From Betaproteobacteria bacterium (GTDB lineage Bacteria; Pseudomonadota; Gammaproteobacteria; Burkholderiales; Burkholderiaceae_D): a stretch of 64,000 bases of DNA. The DNA is taken from assembly GCA_013287275.1 (NCBI GenBank), contig JABDED010000003.1, forward strand, positions 11,225-75,224, given 5' to 3'. Below the pieces are notes generated by a model. It had not been told where the DNA came from and did no database searches. It saw only the letters and a list, made by a program, of their open reading frames with translations. A program made the position numbers and the translations under genes. Positions within the stretch are counted from its first letter, which is position 1. Each line of letters begins with the position of its first letter. Shown piece by piece: positions 10,630-20,974 of the stretch.

Positions 10630-11181
10630 TCAGGAAGAATAAAAACAGCGGCCACACACATGCTTGTAGCGTTCGTTGCCGCCTATGTCGATCTGTTCGC
10701 CGGTAGTAACGCGCTTGCCGTCTGCACCGACGCGGATATTCATCGTTGCCTTCTTGCCGCAGGAGCAGATATTCTTCAGCTCTTCTATATCGTCGGCCAG
10801 CGCCAGCAGGTAGGCGGCGCCTTCAAACGGCTCGCCCATGAAGTCGCTGCGCAAGCCGTAGCAGATCACCGGCACACCCTTGACCTGCGCCAGCTGATGC
10901 AATTGCTTGACCTGGGCCGCAGTCAGGAACTGCGCCTCGTCAATCAGCATGCAGCTGAGCTTGGGCACTTCCTGCAAGAAATTGAAGGACGCATCAAACA
11001 CTTCCGCGTCACGCTGCGGCCCCAGCCGCGAGGTCACCTTGCCGCCGCCGTAGCGGTTGTCGATGGCGGCCGTGTACAGCTTCACCGTCTGTCCCTGCTC
11101 TTCATAATTGTGGGCGACCTGCAGCATCGCGGTGGATTTTCCGGCGTTCATCGCCGAATACCTGAAATAAAGTTTTGCCAC
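10630..11181 (-). CDS. tdk: Thymidine kinase
   Basis: YSAMNAGKST, IDEAQFL, YGLRSDF, ICSCGKKA, CGRC. Confidence 0.95.
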   Translation of the reverse strand: MAKLYFRYSAMNAGKSTAMLQVAHNYEEQGQTVKLYTAAIDNRYGGGKVTSRLGPQRDAEVFDASFNFLQEVPKLSCMLIDEAQFLTAAQVKQLHQLAQVKGVPVICYGLRSDFMGEPFEGAAYLLALADDIEELKNICSCGKKATMNIRVGADGKRVTTGEQIDIGGNERYKHVCGRCFYSS

Positions 11182-11351
11182 TATGTTTCCTTAAAACTAA
11201 TTCTTGATGCTTGTTATTGGGTAGCGGGTATTTTTTACCGGCTGCCCTTGCATTTCCGCATGACACCTCAATGCGTACAGGCGCCATTTTACTTGTTCTG
11301 GCACTGAAAATTGATGACAAATAAATCTGAATTTCTTTTTTCAAAAAAAAC

Positions 11352-11380
11352 CTTGAAAAGCATGCCAGGCGTTCGTATAT
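11352..11380 (+). promoter_or_regulatory. Possible sigma-32 promoter of the Hsp20 gene
   Basis: -35 CTTGAAA matches consensus; the -10 (cgtatat) only partly matches CCCCATNT. Confidence 0.4.
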
Positions 11381-11466
11381 CGGTATCAGCGGATGCTCAA
11401 CGAGGTCCGCGAGACGGCCCGCAGAAGTTTGGATCACGCGATTCCGACGGATGCATGCCCTTCACC

Positions 11467-11498
11467 ATATCGCTTATATTGACAAGGATATTATTATG
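11467..11498 (+). promoter_or_regulatory. ROSE-like RNA thermometer (terminal hairpin)
   Basis: atatc(g)ctt pairs with SD-containing aaggatat with a bulged G (U(U/C)GCU motif), immediately before the ATG of a small HSP. Confidence 0.75.
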
Positions 11499-11951
11499 CG
11501 TACTTATGACTTTTCCCCCCTTTATCGTTCCGCCATCGGCTTTGACCGCCTGGCGCAATTGTTCAACGATGCGCAACGTGCCGACGCGCAGCCTAGCTAC
11601 CCTCCATACAATATCGAATTGATCAGCGAAGACAAGTATCGCATCACGATGGCGGTAGCCGGTTTTGACCGCTCTGAACTGGAAATAGAAACCGAACGCA
11701 GCACGCTGAAAATTGTCGGCCGCAAGCAAAAAGATGAAGCCCAGCGCAATTTCCTGCATCGCGGCATCGCGGCGCGCGACTTTGAGCACAGCTTCCAACT
11801 TGCCGATCATCTGCGCGTTATTGGCGCCCAGCTCGATAACGGCTTGCTGAATATAGAACTCGTGCGTGAAGTGCCTGAGGCACTGAAACCGCGCAAGATC
11901 CTGATCGACGGCGTAGAAAACCTGCCGTTGCTGGATCGCCAGGCAGCTTAA
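11496..11951 (+). CDS. ibpA: Hsp20/alpha-crystallin small heat shock protein (IbpA-like)
   Basis: DFSPLYRSAIGFDRL, YPPYNIE, LHRGIAARDFE..FQLAD. Confidence 0.9.
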   Translation: MRTYDFSPLYRSAIGFDRLAQLFNDAQRADAQPSYPPYNIELISEDKYRITMAVAGFDRSELEIETERSTLKIVGRKQKDEAQRNFLHRGIAARDFEHSFQLADHLRVIGAQLDNGLLNIELVREVPEALKPRKILIDGVENLPLLDRQAA

Positions 11952-11967
11952 GCTATCCCGGCTGATG

Positions 11968-12001
11968 AAGCAGGCAAACCCCGGTTTGCCTGCTTTTTTT
12001 T
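11968..12001 (+). terminator. Rho-independent terminator
   Basis: aagcaggcaaac-cccg-gtttgcctgctttttttt. Confidence 0.8.
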
Positions 12002-12027
12002 ACCTGTACAAAACCGGCACGGTTCCT

Positions 12028-13602
12028 TCAGTGCGATTGCCGCTGGTTATACGCGAAGCCGGCCAGTATCGCCGTAACGCCTACGCACAGCTGGACCAGT
12101 ATCGATCCAGCGTTGGCAACACCATTGAACCCGACCACGTCGATCACCGGCACAACGGGCACATTGTTTGCCACATACAGCCAGAATAAAAACAGCACCA
12201 CGAAGCAGCGCGGGCTACGCGAACAGCGCCCCAGCAGTGTTGCTACTGCGCTCAGGCTCAGCACGCCAACCGCCAGCGCCGCCGCGCGCAAAGGATCGTG
12301 GAATACCCAGCGCAGCGCAATGACGCCCATGAACAGCAGCCCCAGCATGCCGGCGGCCAGCAACTGCCGCAGATAGCGCTGCACTATTCCTCCCGGGACG
12401 GCAGCGGTCAGCGCCTCCGTATCGGCCTGGAAATCGCGGGTGCTGATGTCGCTCACCAGCATTCCCCATGCAGCCACGGCGGCCACCAGCACCGCCGGCA
12501 AGCTGTCTATATGCACGATAAGCGAGAATGCCAGTGCCGCCATCAACGCCGCGATCATTGCCGGGGACGACAATAGTACCAGCGCAACATCGGCAAACGC
12601 CTGGCCCCAGATGCCCGAAAGCGAGGCGGCCAGTTTCGGCCAAGGTTGCATTATGCGCACCAGCGGGCGCAGCCAGCGATTGATCAGTTGCAAAGGCGAG
12701 CGCCAGTTGCGCGTACTGCCGGCCTTGACGCGGTCGGAAGAAAAACGATGGAACAAGGCGATAGCCGGCAACAGCGGCAGCAACGCCAGGCCCGCTGTCG
12801 CACAACGGGTCAGCACCATCGTGGCCGTCCACAATACGCTGGGCAAGGCCACGGCCTGCAGATGCGGGGTGTAGCTCGTCACGCCTTTCGATATGGCGGA
12901 AACAGGCAAACCCAGCTTCAGGCTCAGCATAGCGAGGGACATGCCCGCAGCCGAAACATCACCCAGCATCCAGGAAGAAAATTGACCGTCGCTACCCGCC
13001 AGAAAATGATCCAGCAAGGGAAATTGCAAAGTCCACAGCAAGAAATAAATCACGTCACCCGCCTTGCCCATCAGTGGCGCCACGCTATCGAACAACACGG
13101 CGCAACTGGCTACAAAAAAAATCACCGGCAACAGGAAGATGCAATAGGTTTGTAGATAGACCAGCGGTTGCAGCGGACCGTCGCCGCGCAGGCTGTGAAA
13201 AACCAACATGTTGACAACCAGGGCCGCGGCCAGGCAGCCCAGATACCCTACCCCGCCCAGCCAGCGGCTGAACAGGAACAGGCCATTGCCGGCCTGGGTC
13301 GATGCGATGACGCTGCCGACGCCGCTGCGCAGATCTTCACTCATACGGCCGCGCAGCAGATAAAAGCCCAGCAGCCCGAACAGGACGGCAAACAGCTTGG
13401 CGCTGGCCATCGCCAGCGCCGAACTAGTATACAGCACGCGCGCATGCTTGATCGATATCAGGGTCAAGGTACCGGTATTCGGATCAGGGACCATGGTCCA
13501 GAAAATAACGATCACCGCCAGCAATACCACCAGGCTGCCAAGGCGGCGCAGCCGCAGCCGGACTTCGTTCAGCGCCAGGACAGCAATAATACGGGGCATC
13601 AT
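12028..13602 (-). CDS. ABC-2-type exporter permease-like membrane protein
   Basis: Many TM segments; ATGA overlap with the upstream ABC ATPase. Confidence 0.7.
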   Translation of the reverse strand: MMPRIIAVLALNEVRLRLRRLGSLVVLLAVIVIFWTMVPDPNTGTLTLISIKHARVLYTSSALAMASAKLFAVLFGLLGFYLLRGRMSEDLRSGVGSVIASTQAGNGLFLFSRWLGGVGYLGCLAAALVVNMLVFHSLRGDGPLQPLVYLQTYCIFLLPVIFFVASCAVLFDSVAPLMGKAGDVIYFLLWTLQFPLLDHFLAGSDGQFSSWMLGDVSAAGMSLAMLSLKLGLPVSAISKGVTSYTPHLQAVALPSVLWTATMVLTRCATAGLALLPLLPAIALFHRFSSDRVKAGSTRNWRSPLQLINRWLRPLVRIMQPWPKLAASLSGIWGQAFADVALVLLSSPAMIAALMAALAFSLIVHIDSLPAVLVAAVAAWGMLVSDISTRDFQADTEALTAAVPGGIVQRYLRQLLAAGMLGLLFMGVIALRWVFHDPLRAAALAVGVLSLSAVATLLGRCSRSPRCFVVLFLFWLYVANNVPVVPVIDVVGFNGVANAGSILVQLCVGVTAILAGFAYNQRQSH

Positions 13603-14477
13603 ACCGGCAGCTCCTGCGCGCGGTTCAACGCATAGCGTTGTTCCATCAAAGCCTCTTCCAGGCTGGGTTCCGCGAGTTGCGCACCTTCGCAAGGCGAGTG
13701 GGGATGCGCTATCCGCAGGCTGAGCTTGCCGCCCTGGCGCTGCGCATGCAAGACCTGCACCCTGGCACGCAATGCATCATAGTGCTCGCTGCCGACCTGG
13801 GCCGACCATATCCTGCCGCGCGCCCTGCCGACAATCTCATCCGGCGTTTCAAAAGCGATCAATTTGCCGTTACGCATGATGGCCAGCTGACTGGCCATGC
13901 TCTCCACATCCGAGACGATATGGGTAGACATGATCACCAGTTTCCTGAATCCCAGCTCGGACAACAGGTGGCGAAAGCGCAGCCGTTCTTCGGGATCGAG
14001 GCCGGCGGTCGGTTCATCCACGATCAGGATGTCGGGATCGTTCAGCAATGCCTGCGCAATGCCCAGGCGGCGGCGCATGCCGCCCGAGAATGTGGAGGCC
14101 GGCCGGTCGGCATGATCATGCAGGTTCACCATTTCCAGCAGCTGGCGTATCCGAGCCGGGTCGCGCAGCTTCTTGAGCGCGGCAAAGTATTGCATGAATT
14201 CCAGCGCCGTCAGATTCGGGTACACGCCGAAATCCTGCGGCAGATAGCCTATGCGGCGGCGAATCGCATCCGGCGTCTTGACGATGTCCGCACCTTGAAA
14301 CAGGATCTGCCCGCTACTTGGCCGCGCCAACGTGGCAATCATCTGCATCAGCGTCGTCTTGCCGGCGCCGTTATGTCCTATCAATCCCACCACTCCATGC
14401 GACAAGCTAAGGGAAACGCCATCGACGGCAGTCACATTTTTTCCAAATGTTTTTACCACATTGCGGATTTCAAGCAT
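13599..14477 (-). CDS. ABC transporter ATP-binding protein
   Basis: GHNGAGKTT, FSGGMRRR, ILIVDEP; SD (gagg) before ATG 14477. Confidence 0.92.
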   Translation of the reverse strand: MLEIRNVVKTFGKNVTAVDGVSLSLSHGVVGLIGHNGAGKTTLMQMIATLARPSSGQILFQGADIVKTPDAIRRRIGYLPQDFGVYPNLTALEFMQYFAALKKLRDPARIRQLLEMVNLHDHADRPASTFSGGMRRRLGIAQALLNDPDILIVDEPTAGLDPEERLRFRHLLSELGFRKLVIMSTHIVSDVESMASQLAIMRNGKLIAFETPDEIVGRARGRIWSAQVGSEHYDALRARVQVLHAQRQGGKLSLRIAHPHSPCEGAQLAEPSLEEALMEQRYALNRAQELPV

Positions 14478-14654
14478 CTTGTTCCTCAAAGGAGAGTAGG
14501 ACGATGCTGAGAATGTAAGGCAGGCGCCTGGACGGTGCACGCGGCATGCGACGGATCGCACAAAACGCTGCACAGGAAGCTTGGAATGTGGACAGAACGC
14601 TAAGGCTTCATTTCACGCTCCTGGCAGCAAAAATACTAAAACGGGCCTCTAAAC

Positions 14655-14686
14655 AAAAACGGCGCCGGAAAACCGGCGCCGTTTTT
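14655..14686. terminator. Bidirectional terminator after ppiD
   Basis: aaaaacggcgccgg-aaaa-ccggcgccgttttt. Confidence 0.8.
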
Positions 14687-14717
14687 AATCAGTGGAAATC
14701 GGTGGCACACCGCCTGA

Positions 14718-16640
14718 TTACTGGTCGCCTCCAGAGGCGGTAGTTGTTTCTATTGCCGCCTGGTTGATGGTTACTTTTGCTTTTTTCTTCAGGTTTTCCA
14801 CATAAGAAAACATGTCCTGCTGCGCCTGGGCGCCATCCAGCTGCGTCCTCTCGCTGGCGCGGCGGGCTTCGTCCGGCGTGCCGGCGCGGACCTTGCTGAT
14901 GCGGTAGACCACATAGCCATTGCCTGGCGCTTCTATGCCTACAAAAGCCGGCAATTTTTGCGTGTCGGCCTTCAGCAAGTCTACCAGGGCCGGGCCGGGA
15001 ACGTCCTGGTTTTTCAGGCGGGAAATCGTTTTGGTGTCGGAAAAGCCGGCAGTATTGTCAGCCGCCTTCAATGCCTGCAATTTCGCTTCGCCTTCTTTTT
15101 TCGCCAGTGCGGCAGCCTCTGCCTGCGTAACGGCGGCAGTGATGGTCGCCTTCACTTCTTCAAACGGACGCTTGGACGCGGGCTTGTATTCCACGACATG
15201 GCCGGCGATCAAGGTCGATGGAGCTGCTTCCACCGCATCGGTATTCAGCTTTTTCTTGATCGCGCTATCGCCGAAAATCGCGGTCAGGAATTTCTGGTTA
15301 TTGGTCAGCACCGTCGGCGGCAAAGCCGGGTTAGGTTTACGGGTCAGGCCTTCCACGGTCTGTATCTTCAGCTTCAGCTTGTCCGCAACCGGCTTCAGGC
15401 TGTCCGCCTGCTCATACACGGTATTGGTGAAGGTTTCCGCCGCTTCGGCATAGGCCTTGGACGCTTTTTGCTTCTTGATCTCGGCAACGATGGCCGGCTT
15501 GACTTCTTCCAGCGGCTTCAGCGCGGCAGGCTTGATCGCGGTCAGCTGGATGATGTGGTAGCCGAAATCCGATTGCACGACGTCACTGATCTCGCCTTGC
15601 TTCAGTTTGTAGGCAGCGTCTTCGAATGGCTTGACCATGGCGCCCTTGCCAAAGAAATCCAGGTCGCCGCCGCGTTCTGCGGAACCGGTATCGGCAGAAT
15701 TTTCCTTGGCCAGTTTGGCAAACGAAGCAGGATTCTTGCGCACTTCGGCCAACAGGCTTTCCGCCTTGGCTTTGGCTGCCGCCTTATCCTTGTCGCTGGC
15801 GTCTTTCTTGACCTCGATCAGGATATGGCTGGCGCGGCGTTGCTCTTCAGTGCTGTAGTTCTTCTTGTTTTGCTCATAATAGGATTGCACGTCCGCATCG
15901 CTCACGTCAATCTGGGCTGCCAGCGAGTCATTGCTCAGCACCACATATTCTGCCTTGATCGCTTCGGGAATCTCAAACATCGCGGCATTCTTGTCGTAGT
16001 ATGCCTTCAGCATTTCATCGGTGACCTTGACCTTGGATGCATAGTCGGCCGCCTTGAATATCAGGGCCTGGACGTCACGCTCCTGCTCATTCATTGCCGA
16101 CAGGTTGGCAGCCACTGTTTTTGGCACGAAGGCGCTGCCCTGCACTGCATTCACCAGTTGCTGGTACACCAGATCCTGGCGCAGGCGCTGCTCGTAACCG
16201 GCCGTGCTCATGCCCTGCGAAGCCAGGATGCTCTTGTAGCGCTCTGCATCAAAACTGCCGTCTGGTTTCACCAGGCCCGGCGTCGACAGGATGTTTTGCT
16301 GCAAAACCTGGTCCGGGATGCTCAAGTGGTTTTTGGCGACTTCCGCATTCAGTGCGTGCTGGGCTATCAGGTTGTCCAGTATGCTTTTCCGAGCTTCCGG
16401 CGTATTCAGCATCTTGCTGTCGAACTGCGCGCCATACATCTGGCGCATGCGATCTATCTGCTCGCGCTGGGCGATATTGAATTCCTGCTGGCTAATCGAC
16501 TTGCCGCCGACTGTCGCAACGCCGCCGCCGTCCTGGAAGGATTTATAGCTGAATACGCCGCCAGCCACGAAGGACGGGAAAATAATGAGCAGCAACAGAA
16601 ACTGCATCAAGCGCTGATGTGTACGGATATACTCAAACAT
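14718..16640 (-). CDS. ppiD: Peptidyl-prolyl isomerase D (SurA N-terminal plus parvulin domain)
   Basis: N-terminal [23 protein letters not shown]; 640 aa; downstream of hupB-tRNAs. Confidence 0.9.
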   Translation of the reverse strand: MFEYIRTHQRLMQFLLLLIIFPSFVAGGVFSYKSFQDGGGVATVGGKSISQQEFNIAQREQIDRMRQMYGAQFDSKMLNTPEARKSILDNLIAQHALNAEVAKNHLSIPDQVLQQNILSTPGLVKPDGSFDAERYKSILASQGMSTAGYEQRLRQDLVYQQLVNAVQGSAFVPKTVAANLSAMNEQERDVQALIFKAADYASKVKVTDEMLKAYYDKNAAMFEIPEAIKAEYVVLSNDSLAAQIDVSDADVQSYYEQNKKNYSTEEQRRASHILIEVKKDASDKDKAAAKAKAESLLAEVRKNPASFAKLAKENSADTGSAERGGDLDFFGKGAMVKPFEDAAYKLKQGEISDVVQSDFGYHIIQLTAIKPAALKPLEEVKPAIVAEIKKQKASKAYAEAAETFTNTVYEQADSLKPVADKLKLKIQTVEGLTRKPNPALPPTVLTNNQKFLTAIFGDSAIKKKLNTDAVEAAPSTLIAGHVVEYKPASKRPFEEVKATITAAVTQAEAAALAKKEGEAKLQALKAADNTAGFSDTKTISRLKNQDVPGPALVDLLKADTQKLPAFVGIEAPGNGYVVYRISKVRAGTPDEARRASERTQLDGAQAQQDMFSYVENLKKKAKVTINQAAIETTTASGGDQ

Positions 16641-16685
16641 GTTCGACCGATCACTAGAATAAAACTAAGCTAAGGCTACCGAATA

Positions 16686-16716
16686 TAAAAAAAGGCGAAC
16701 TCGCGTTCACCTTTTT
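16686..16716. terminator. Terminator-like hairpin upstream of ppiD
   Basis: aaaaaaaggcgaac-tcgc-gttcacctttt. Confidence 0.55.
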
Positions 16717-16991
16717 GATTTTTGACGGCACGTGCGGGTGGGTGAAAAATGCCTCAAACCATCACAAGCATCAATATAATCAAAGACTTAGTAGCATTAT
16801 TAATTAATAAGCAACAGGAAAATTGTCGCCAATCCCCGTTACGACTGCTAAACGATCTGCGATTTTATCAGTGTTTTCCGGCTTGTTGCACTGGTAAAAA
16901 CAAAAAAGCACCTGCTCCGGTGCTTTTTATGCCTGCATTCATGGAATTTGGCCGGGTCTGGCCGCACTTCCCCATCTGGAATACACAGCCC

Positions 16992-17426
16992 TTAGCTTGC
17001 AGCCCGCGCCTTGGCAACGAGTGCGCCGAATTCCTCGCGGCCAAAGGCAGTACCGGCCAATCCCCAACCGCCTTCGGCCGCTTCGGTGAGCAGCACCCAG
17101 GTACGCCCGGCCTGGGTCGGGTCGCCGGAAATTTTCGTCACGATCTCGGTCACTTCCCTGACTAGCTGCTTCTGGCCATCGCGGCTCAGCGCCGCCGGCG
17201 GCGTCACGACCTGAACGCGCACGGTACGCGCCAGCGCGGTGGCGGCGGTTTGCACCGCGGCCGAATCCATGCGGTGAATGTAGGCGGCCGTATTATTCAA
17301 GTGAAAGGCTCCGGGGCTGGCCACACCCTCGGCACGGAGTACCGCCAGCGTAAGTTCTTCGCCAAGCTGGCGGTCGGTGCCGGCGGGGAACAGGTCGGCA
17401 GCTGCGTAAACGTCGATCATGGGCAT
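16992..17426 (-). CDS. Tautomerase-superfamily protein
   Basis: Pro after Met (MPMIDVY), duplicated beta-alpha-beta pattern, TWVLLTE..EGGWG. Confidence 0.7.
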   Translation of the reverse strand: MPMIDVYAAADLFPAGTDRQLGEELTLAVLRAEGVASPGAFHLNNTAAYIHRMDSAAVQTAATALARTVRVQVVTPPAALSRDGQKQLVREVTEIVTKISGDPTQAGRTWVLLTEAAEGGWGLAGTAFGREEFGALVAKARAAS

Positions 17427-17481
17427 GGCTAAACTCCTCGGTATAAAGTAACAATGCTGGAAACTACGGCAGTTTTACACA

Positions 17482-18345
17482 TCAAAACTTGCCGTTCGGA
17501 TTCTTCCATTCGGCGCGCGGCGGGATGGCTTCTATGGTGTCCCAGTGCTCGGCAATTTTGCCGTTCTGGATACGATAAAGGTCGTAATACGCCGACGGGC
17601 GGCCACCGAAAGAACCTTCTGCCACGACCAGGACGAAATTACCCTCTGCCAGCACCTGGCGCACCCTGCCGTATTTCACGACCAGGCCCTGTTTGGCCAG
17701 CGCCTGCAACCCTGCAAACAGGCCGCTCAGCTGGTCCGCCACCAGCGGGCTGTGCTGGATATAGTTGCCGCCATCAAAGTAGCCGGTAAATTTTTCCTTG
17801 CGTCCCTGCAGCAGGTCGTCCATATACACCTGCATCAGGGCCTTGTTGGCGGCAGTCTTGTCCAGGTCGGAGGCGGTGGCCGGCCCATCGGTCATCGTAT
17901 GGCCGCTGGGGCTGGGCTTGGCGGCGGCCTCTTGCAGATTGTCCCAATGCTCGACGATCTTCCCGCTTTCAAAACGGAAAATATCGAAGCCGGTTTTGGG
18001 GCCGAAGAAATTGTATTCCGTATGCGCGAACACGAAATCGCCATCCTGGAAAACCCGCACCGTGTTGACCCTGGTTGTTCCCTTGGGCAGCGATTGCAAC
18101 AGGGCTTTGACTCCGGGCAAGCCATCGGCTACGGCCAGGTTGTGCTGAATGTATTTGTCAGGGTTGATGTAGGCGATCGGCCTGCTATCGCCGGTTTCTA
18201 TACTCTTCAGCAACTCGACGACCTGCTGCTTGTGGTCGGGTGCAACTGGTTTGTCGTGCGCGGACTGCGGATTTGCCGTACACGCGGCGAGTGCAAAAAC
18301 GCCGGCGGCAAGCAGGCATGAGCGTACAGGATAGCTGAAGTACAT
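17482..18345 (-). CDS. Tandem SnoaL/NTF2-like lipoprotein
   Basis: Lipobox LAAC; two YIQH...(D/F)IFR..GKI.EHWD repeats. Confidence 0.8.
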   Translation of the reverse strand: MYFSYPVRSCLLAAGVFALAACTANPQSAHDKPVAPDHKQQVVELLKSIETGDSRPIAYINPDKYIQHNLAVADGLPGVKALLQSLPKGTTRVNTVRVFQDGDFVFAHTEYNFFGPKTGFDIFRFESGKIVEHWDNLQEAAAKPSPSGHTMTDGPATASDLDKTAANKALMQVYMDDLLQGRKEKFTGYFDGGNYIQHSPLVADQLSGLFAGLQALAKQGLVVKYGRVRQVLAEGNFVLVVAEGSFGGRPSAYYDLYRIQNGKIAEHWDTIEAIPPRAEWKNPNGKF

Positions 18346-18440
18346 GTTGATCTCCCGGTTCAGCGCCTGCACAAGGAAGAATATCCCAGGGTGGGCGGCG
18401 ATTTGTAATGGCAGTGCTCTTGGCAACATTGGCCTTGTGA

Positions 18441-18454
18441 ATGATGACCATCAT
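18441..18454. promoter_or_regulatory. Candidate TetR operator
   Basis: Palindrome ATGATG-AC-CATCAT in the divergent intergenic region. Confidence 0.5.
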
Positions 18455-18518
18455 CCTTGTAAATGATGATGTCGAATATAATCCTCATTGTCAAGCCCCA
18501 TCTGGAGGAATTTTTTAT

Positions 18519-19091
18519 ATGGGCCATTCAAAGGCAGACAAAGCCAAAAGCCACGAACGCATAGTGCGGGTGGCAGCCAGCCGATTCCGCGAAACCGGCG
18601 TCGACGGCATAGGCGTGGCCGATCTGATGAAAGATGCCGGTCTCACCCACGGCGGGTTTTACCGGCACTTTGATTCGCGCGAAGAGCTGGTGGCGGAAGC
18701 AGTAGAGTGCGCGCTGCAAGACGGCAGTGAGGCGGTCGCCGCCGTGGCCAGGATCAAGCAAGCCCCTCTGGCTGCCGTGATAGACGCCTACCTCAGCATG
18801 GTGCACCGGGATAACCTGGCCGCCAGTTGCGCCGTCACCACCATGGCGGCCGACGTTGCGCGCAGCAACGAGCGGGCGCGCTCGGCGTACACGCAGCAAG
18901 TTGGCGTCTACCTGGATTTGCTGACTACGCTGATTCCCGGCGACAAGGAAAAGACCCGGCGGATGAAGGCGATTGCCGCACTATCCACCCTGGTCGGCGC
19001 AATATCGATGGCGCGCGCAGTAAACGACGAAAAACTATCCCGCGAAATTCTCAAATCCGCCGCTGACGAATTGAAGGCCCAGCTTGGCTAA
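18519..19091 (+). CDS. TetR/AcrR family regulator
   Basis: GVADLMKDAGLTHGGFYRHFDSREEL HTH; SD ggagg. Confidence 0.92.
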   Translation: MGHSKADKAKSHERIVRVAASRFRETGVDGIGVADLMKDAGLTHGGFYRHFDSREELVAEAVECALQDGSEAVAAVARIKQAPLAAVIDAYLSMVHRDNLAASCAVTTMAADVARSNERARSAYTQQVGVYLDLLTTLIPGDKEKTRRMKAIAALSTLVGAISMARAVNDEKLSREILKSAADELKAQLG

Positions 19092-19125
19092 AGTCCTTGC
19101 CATCCATGCCTGGATTCCCTGAAAA

Positions 19126-19608
19126 TCACGAAGAGCCTTGAAATGGGCCGCCGGGCTCCCCCCAGCCCCAGCGAGGCATAGGTTCGCCTGGCTTCATATC
19201 AATTTCCGTCTCCTGCGAATTAATAACCGCTATTCGCGTGCCCCATTCAATATAGGCGGCAAATGCCGAACGGAATTCAGGGTCGTCCGGCAAATTAATT
19301 TCATCCGCCGTTTCCACTAAAAGCTGCACCCATTTTTTTCTGTGCTGCTCCGTCAGATGCTTGCCCAGGTGCTTTTGGATCATCTTGAAATGCGTCCCTT
19401 CCGCGGAACTATACATTTTGGGGCCACCAAAAACTTCCGCGATAAAGTGCGCCACATGCAGCTGGTGCTCGGGAGACATGTGCTTGAACACAGGCTCCAA
19501 AAATTCATCCAATAAAACTTTTCTATAAAAAGCATTCATCAGTTTTTCAAATACCGGCATGCCTCCGGCCCATTCATAAAGCGTTGGAACGTTTTTTTCG
19601 GTGACCAT
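19126..19608 (-). CDS. Group II truncated hemoglobin
   Basis: TLYEWAGG, FY..V..D..L.PVF, EVFGGP..Y, H, EQHRKKW. Confidence 0.85.
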   Translation of the reverse strand: MVTEKNVPTLYEWAGGMPVFEKLMNAFYRKVLLDEFLEPVFKHMSPEHQLHVAHFIAEVFGGPKMYSSAEGTHFKMIQKHLGKHLTEQHRKKWVQLLVETADEINLPDDPEFRSAFAAYIEWGTRIAVINSQETEIDMKPGEPMPRWGWGEPGGPFQGSS

Positions 19609-19841
19609 TTTTGTTTACCGTCCTCAGGTTTTCAATATCCGATTTTATTTGATCGCGCAGCAAGAAAAACTGCGTAAAGTTACTGCTTGCTTCCTTAAAC
19701 ATTTGCAGGGTGTAAGATCGTAATGCCGCTTCCTCGAGCTGTTTCATGCCGGATACAGACACACAAGTTAAAACGAACGAAGCTCGAAATCAATAACTTA
19801 CCAAAAAGTAGGTCAGACCATGGATGGTTTTGGAAAAGACG

Positions 19842-20207
19842 ATGATTAAACTGAATAATAGAATTTATACCTGCCCCATCGACGTCACGCTTGGTTTTAT
19901 AGGCGGCAAATGGAAATTGCTGATCCTTGCCCATCTTCATCAATTCGATAAAAAGAGTTATGTCGAATTACGGGATAATCTTCCGGGGATATCAGAAAAA
20001 ATGCTGAGCCAGCAGTTAAAAGAACTGGAGCGGGACAGCCTGATAGAAAAAGACATCTTGTCGTCAAAACCCTACAGGGTCGAATATTTTCTATCGAATG
20101 ACGGAAGATCCCTTGGCCCTTTATATGAAATCGCCAGCGCCTGGGGAATAAGTCATTTAAAAAAGCACGGTATCGACTATTTGAAGGATCAGCATTTATA
20201 CAAATAA
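19842..20207 (+). CDS. HxlR-family winged-helix regulator
   Basis: CPIDVTL..IGGKWK, GISEKMLSQQLKELE, RVEY. Confidence 0.9.
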   Translation: MIKLNNRIYTCPIDVTLGFIGGKWKLLILAHLHQFDKKSYVELRDNLPGISEKMLSQQLKELERDSLIEKDILSSKPYRVEYFLSNDGRSLGPLYEIASAWGISHLKKHGIDYLKDQHLYK

Positions 20208-20230
20208 CCGATAATTTGAAATGCTTCAGG

Positions 20231-20974
20231 TTAAGCCGCACTGCAGCGGTACCAGTAGCGGTAAGCCGGGGTAAACCCCAAGCTTTCATATAAGCCTATC
20301 GCCGGCATATTGCACGCGGCGACCTGCAAATAAGCGGTCCTGGCGCCATGCTGCCTGGCCTCGTCCAGGAGCTCCGCCATCAATGCACGGGCATGGCCGC
20401 GCCGACGTAGCACCGGATCGGTGTTGATGTCAAAAATGCCGGCATAGTCGCCGTCAATCACCGCCAGACCAATAGCCGCATAGCCCTCCCCTGTTTGCAT
20501 GCCGCCGTAGACGGCCGGCAAAGCCAGCCTCTTTAGCAATTCAACGTGCTTCTGTTTTCTCTCCGGAGATCCCTGATCGAGGAGCATCATTTGCGAAAAC
20601 CATGTTTCAGCATCCGGCTGATGCAATTCTGAGTTAGTGCTCGCCATGGGATGATCAAGCGGCTTCATCAATACCAGGCTATCGTCTATGCGCTGCAGCC
20701 CTTCGCGCTCGAGGCAGGCGTCAAGCTCCAGGTTTTGCGGGTGGTCTGTCAGCCTGAATGTCAACGGCAAGCCTTGCTGCTGAAATAGATGTTCGCAGTA
20801 GCGTATTTTTTGTGCGAAGGGAATTGCCGATGCAGTCAGGACATTGACAGAGTTTGCTCGTTTCGGCCCACCGCCAGCCAGGCGGATCAGCCATCCGTCG
20901 TATAACAGGGTTTGAATGGAAGGCAGGCTGTTGAAGCCGGCTTCTTCGATTCTCCGGTGGAGCGGAGGTAACAT
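20231..20974 (-). CDS. GNAT family N-acetyltransferase
   Basis: DGWLIR..GG.KRANSV, RRRGHA, YLQV...N..AIGLY..LGF. Confidence 0.85.
   Translation of the reverse strand: MLPPLHRRIEEAGFNSLPSIQTLLYDGWLIRLAGGGPKRANSVNVLTASAIPFAQKIRYCEHLFQQQGLPLTFRLTDHPQNLELDACLEREGLQRIDDSLVLMKPLDHPMASTNSELHQPDAETWFSQMMLLDQGSPERKQKHVELLKRLALPAVYGGMQTGEGYAAIGLAVIDGDYAGIFDINTDPVLRRRGHARALMAELLDEARQHGARTAYLQVAACNMPAIGLYESLGFTPAYRYWYRCSAA

Noticed and set aside
12028-14477. RiPP or bacteriocin locus around the ABC exporter
   Set aside because: No precursor peptide or modifying enzyme is visible nearby
16722-16740. Decayed tRNA-Asp att copy (tgacggcacgtgcggg) beside the orphan terminator
   Set aside because: Position is suggestive but similarity to tggcggagtggacggg is too low to call
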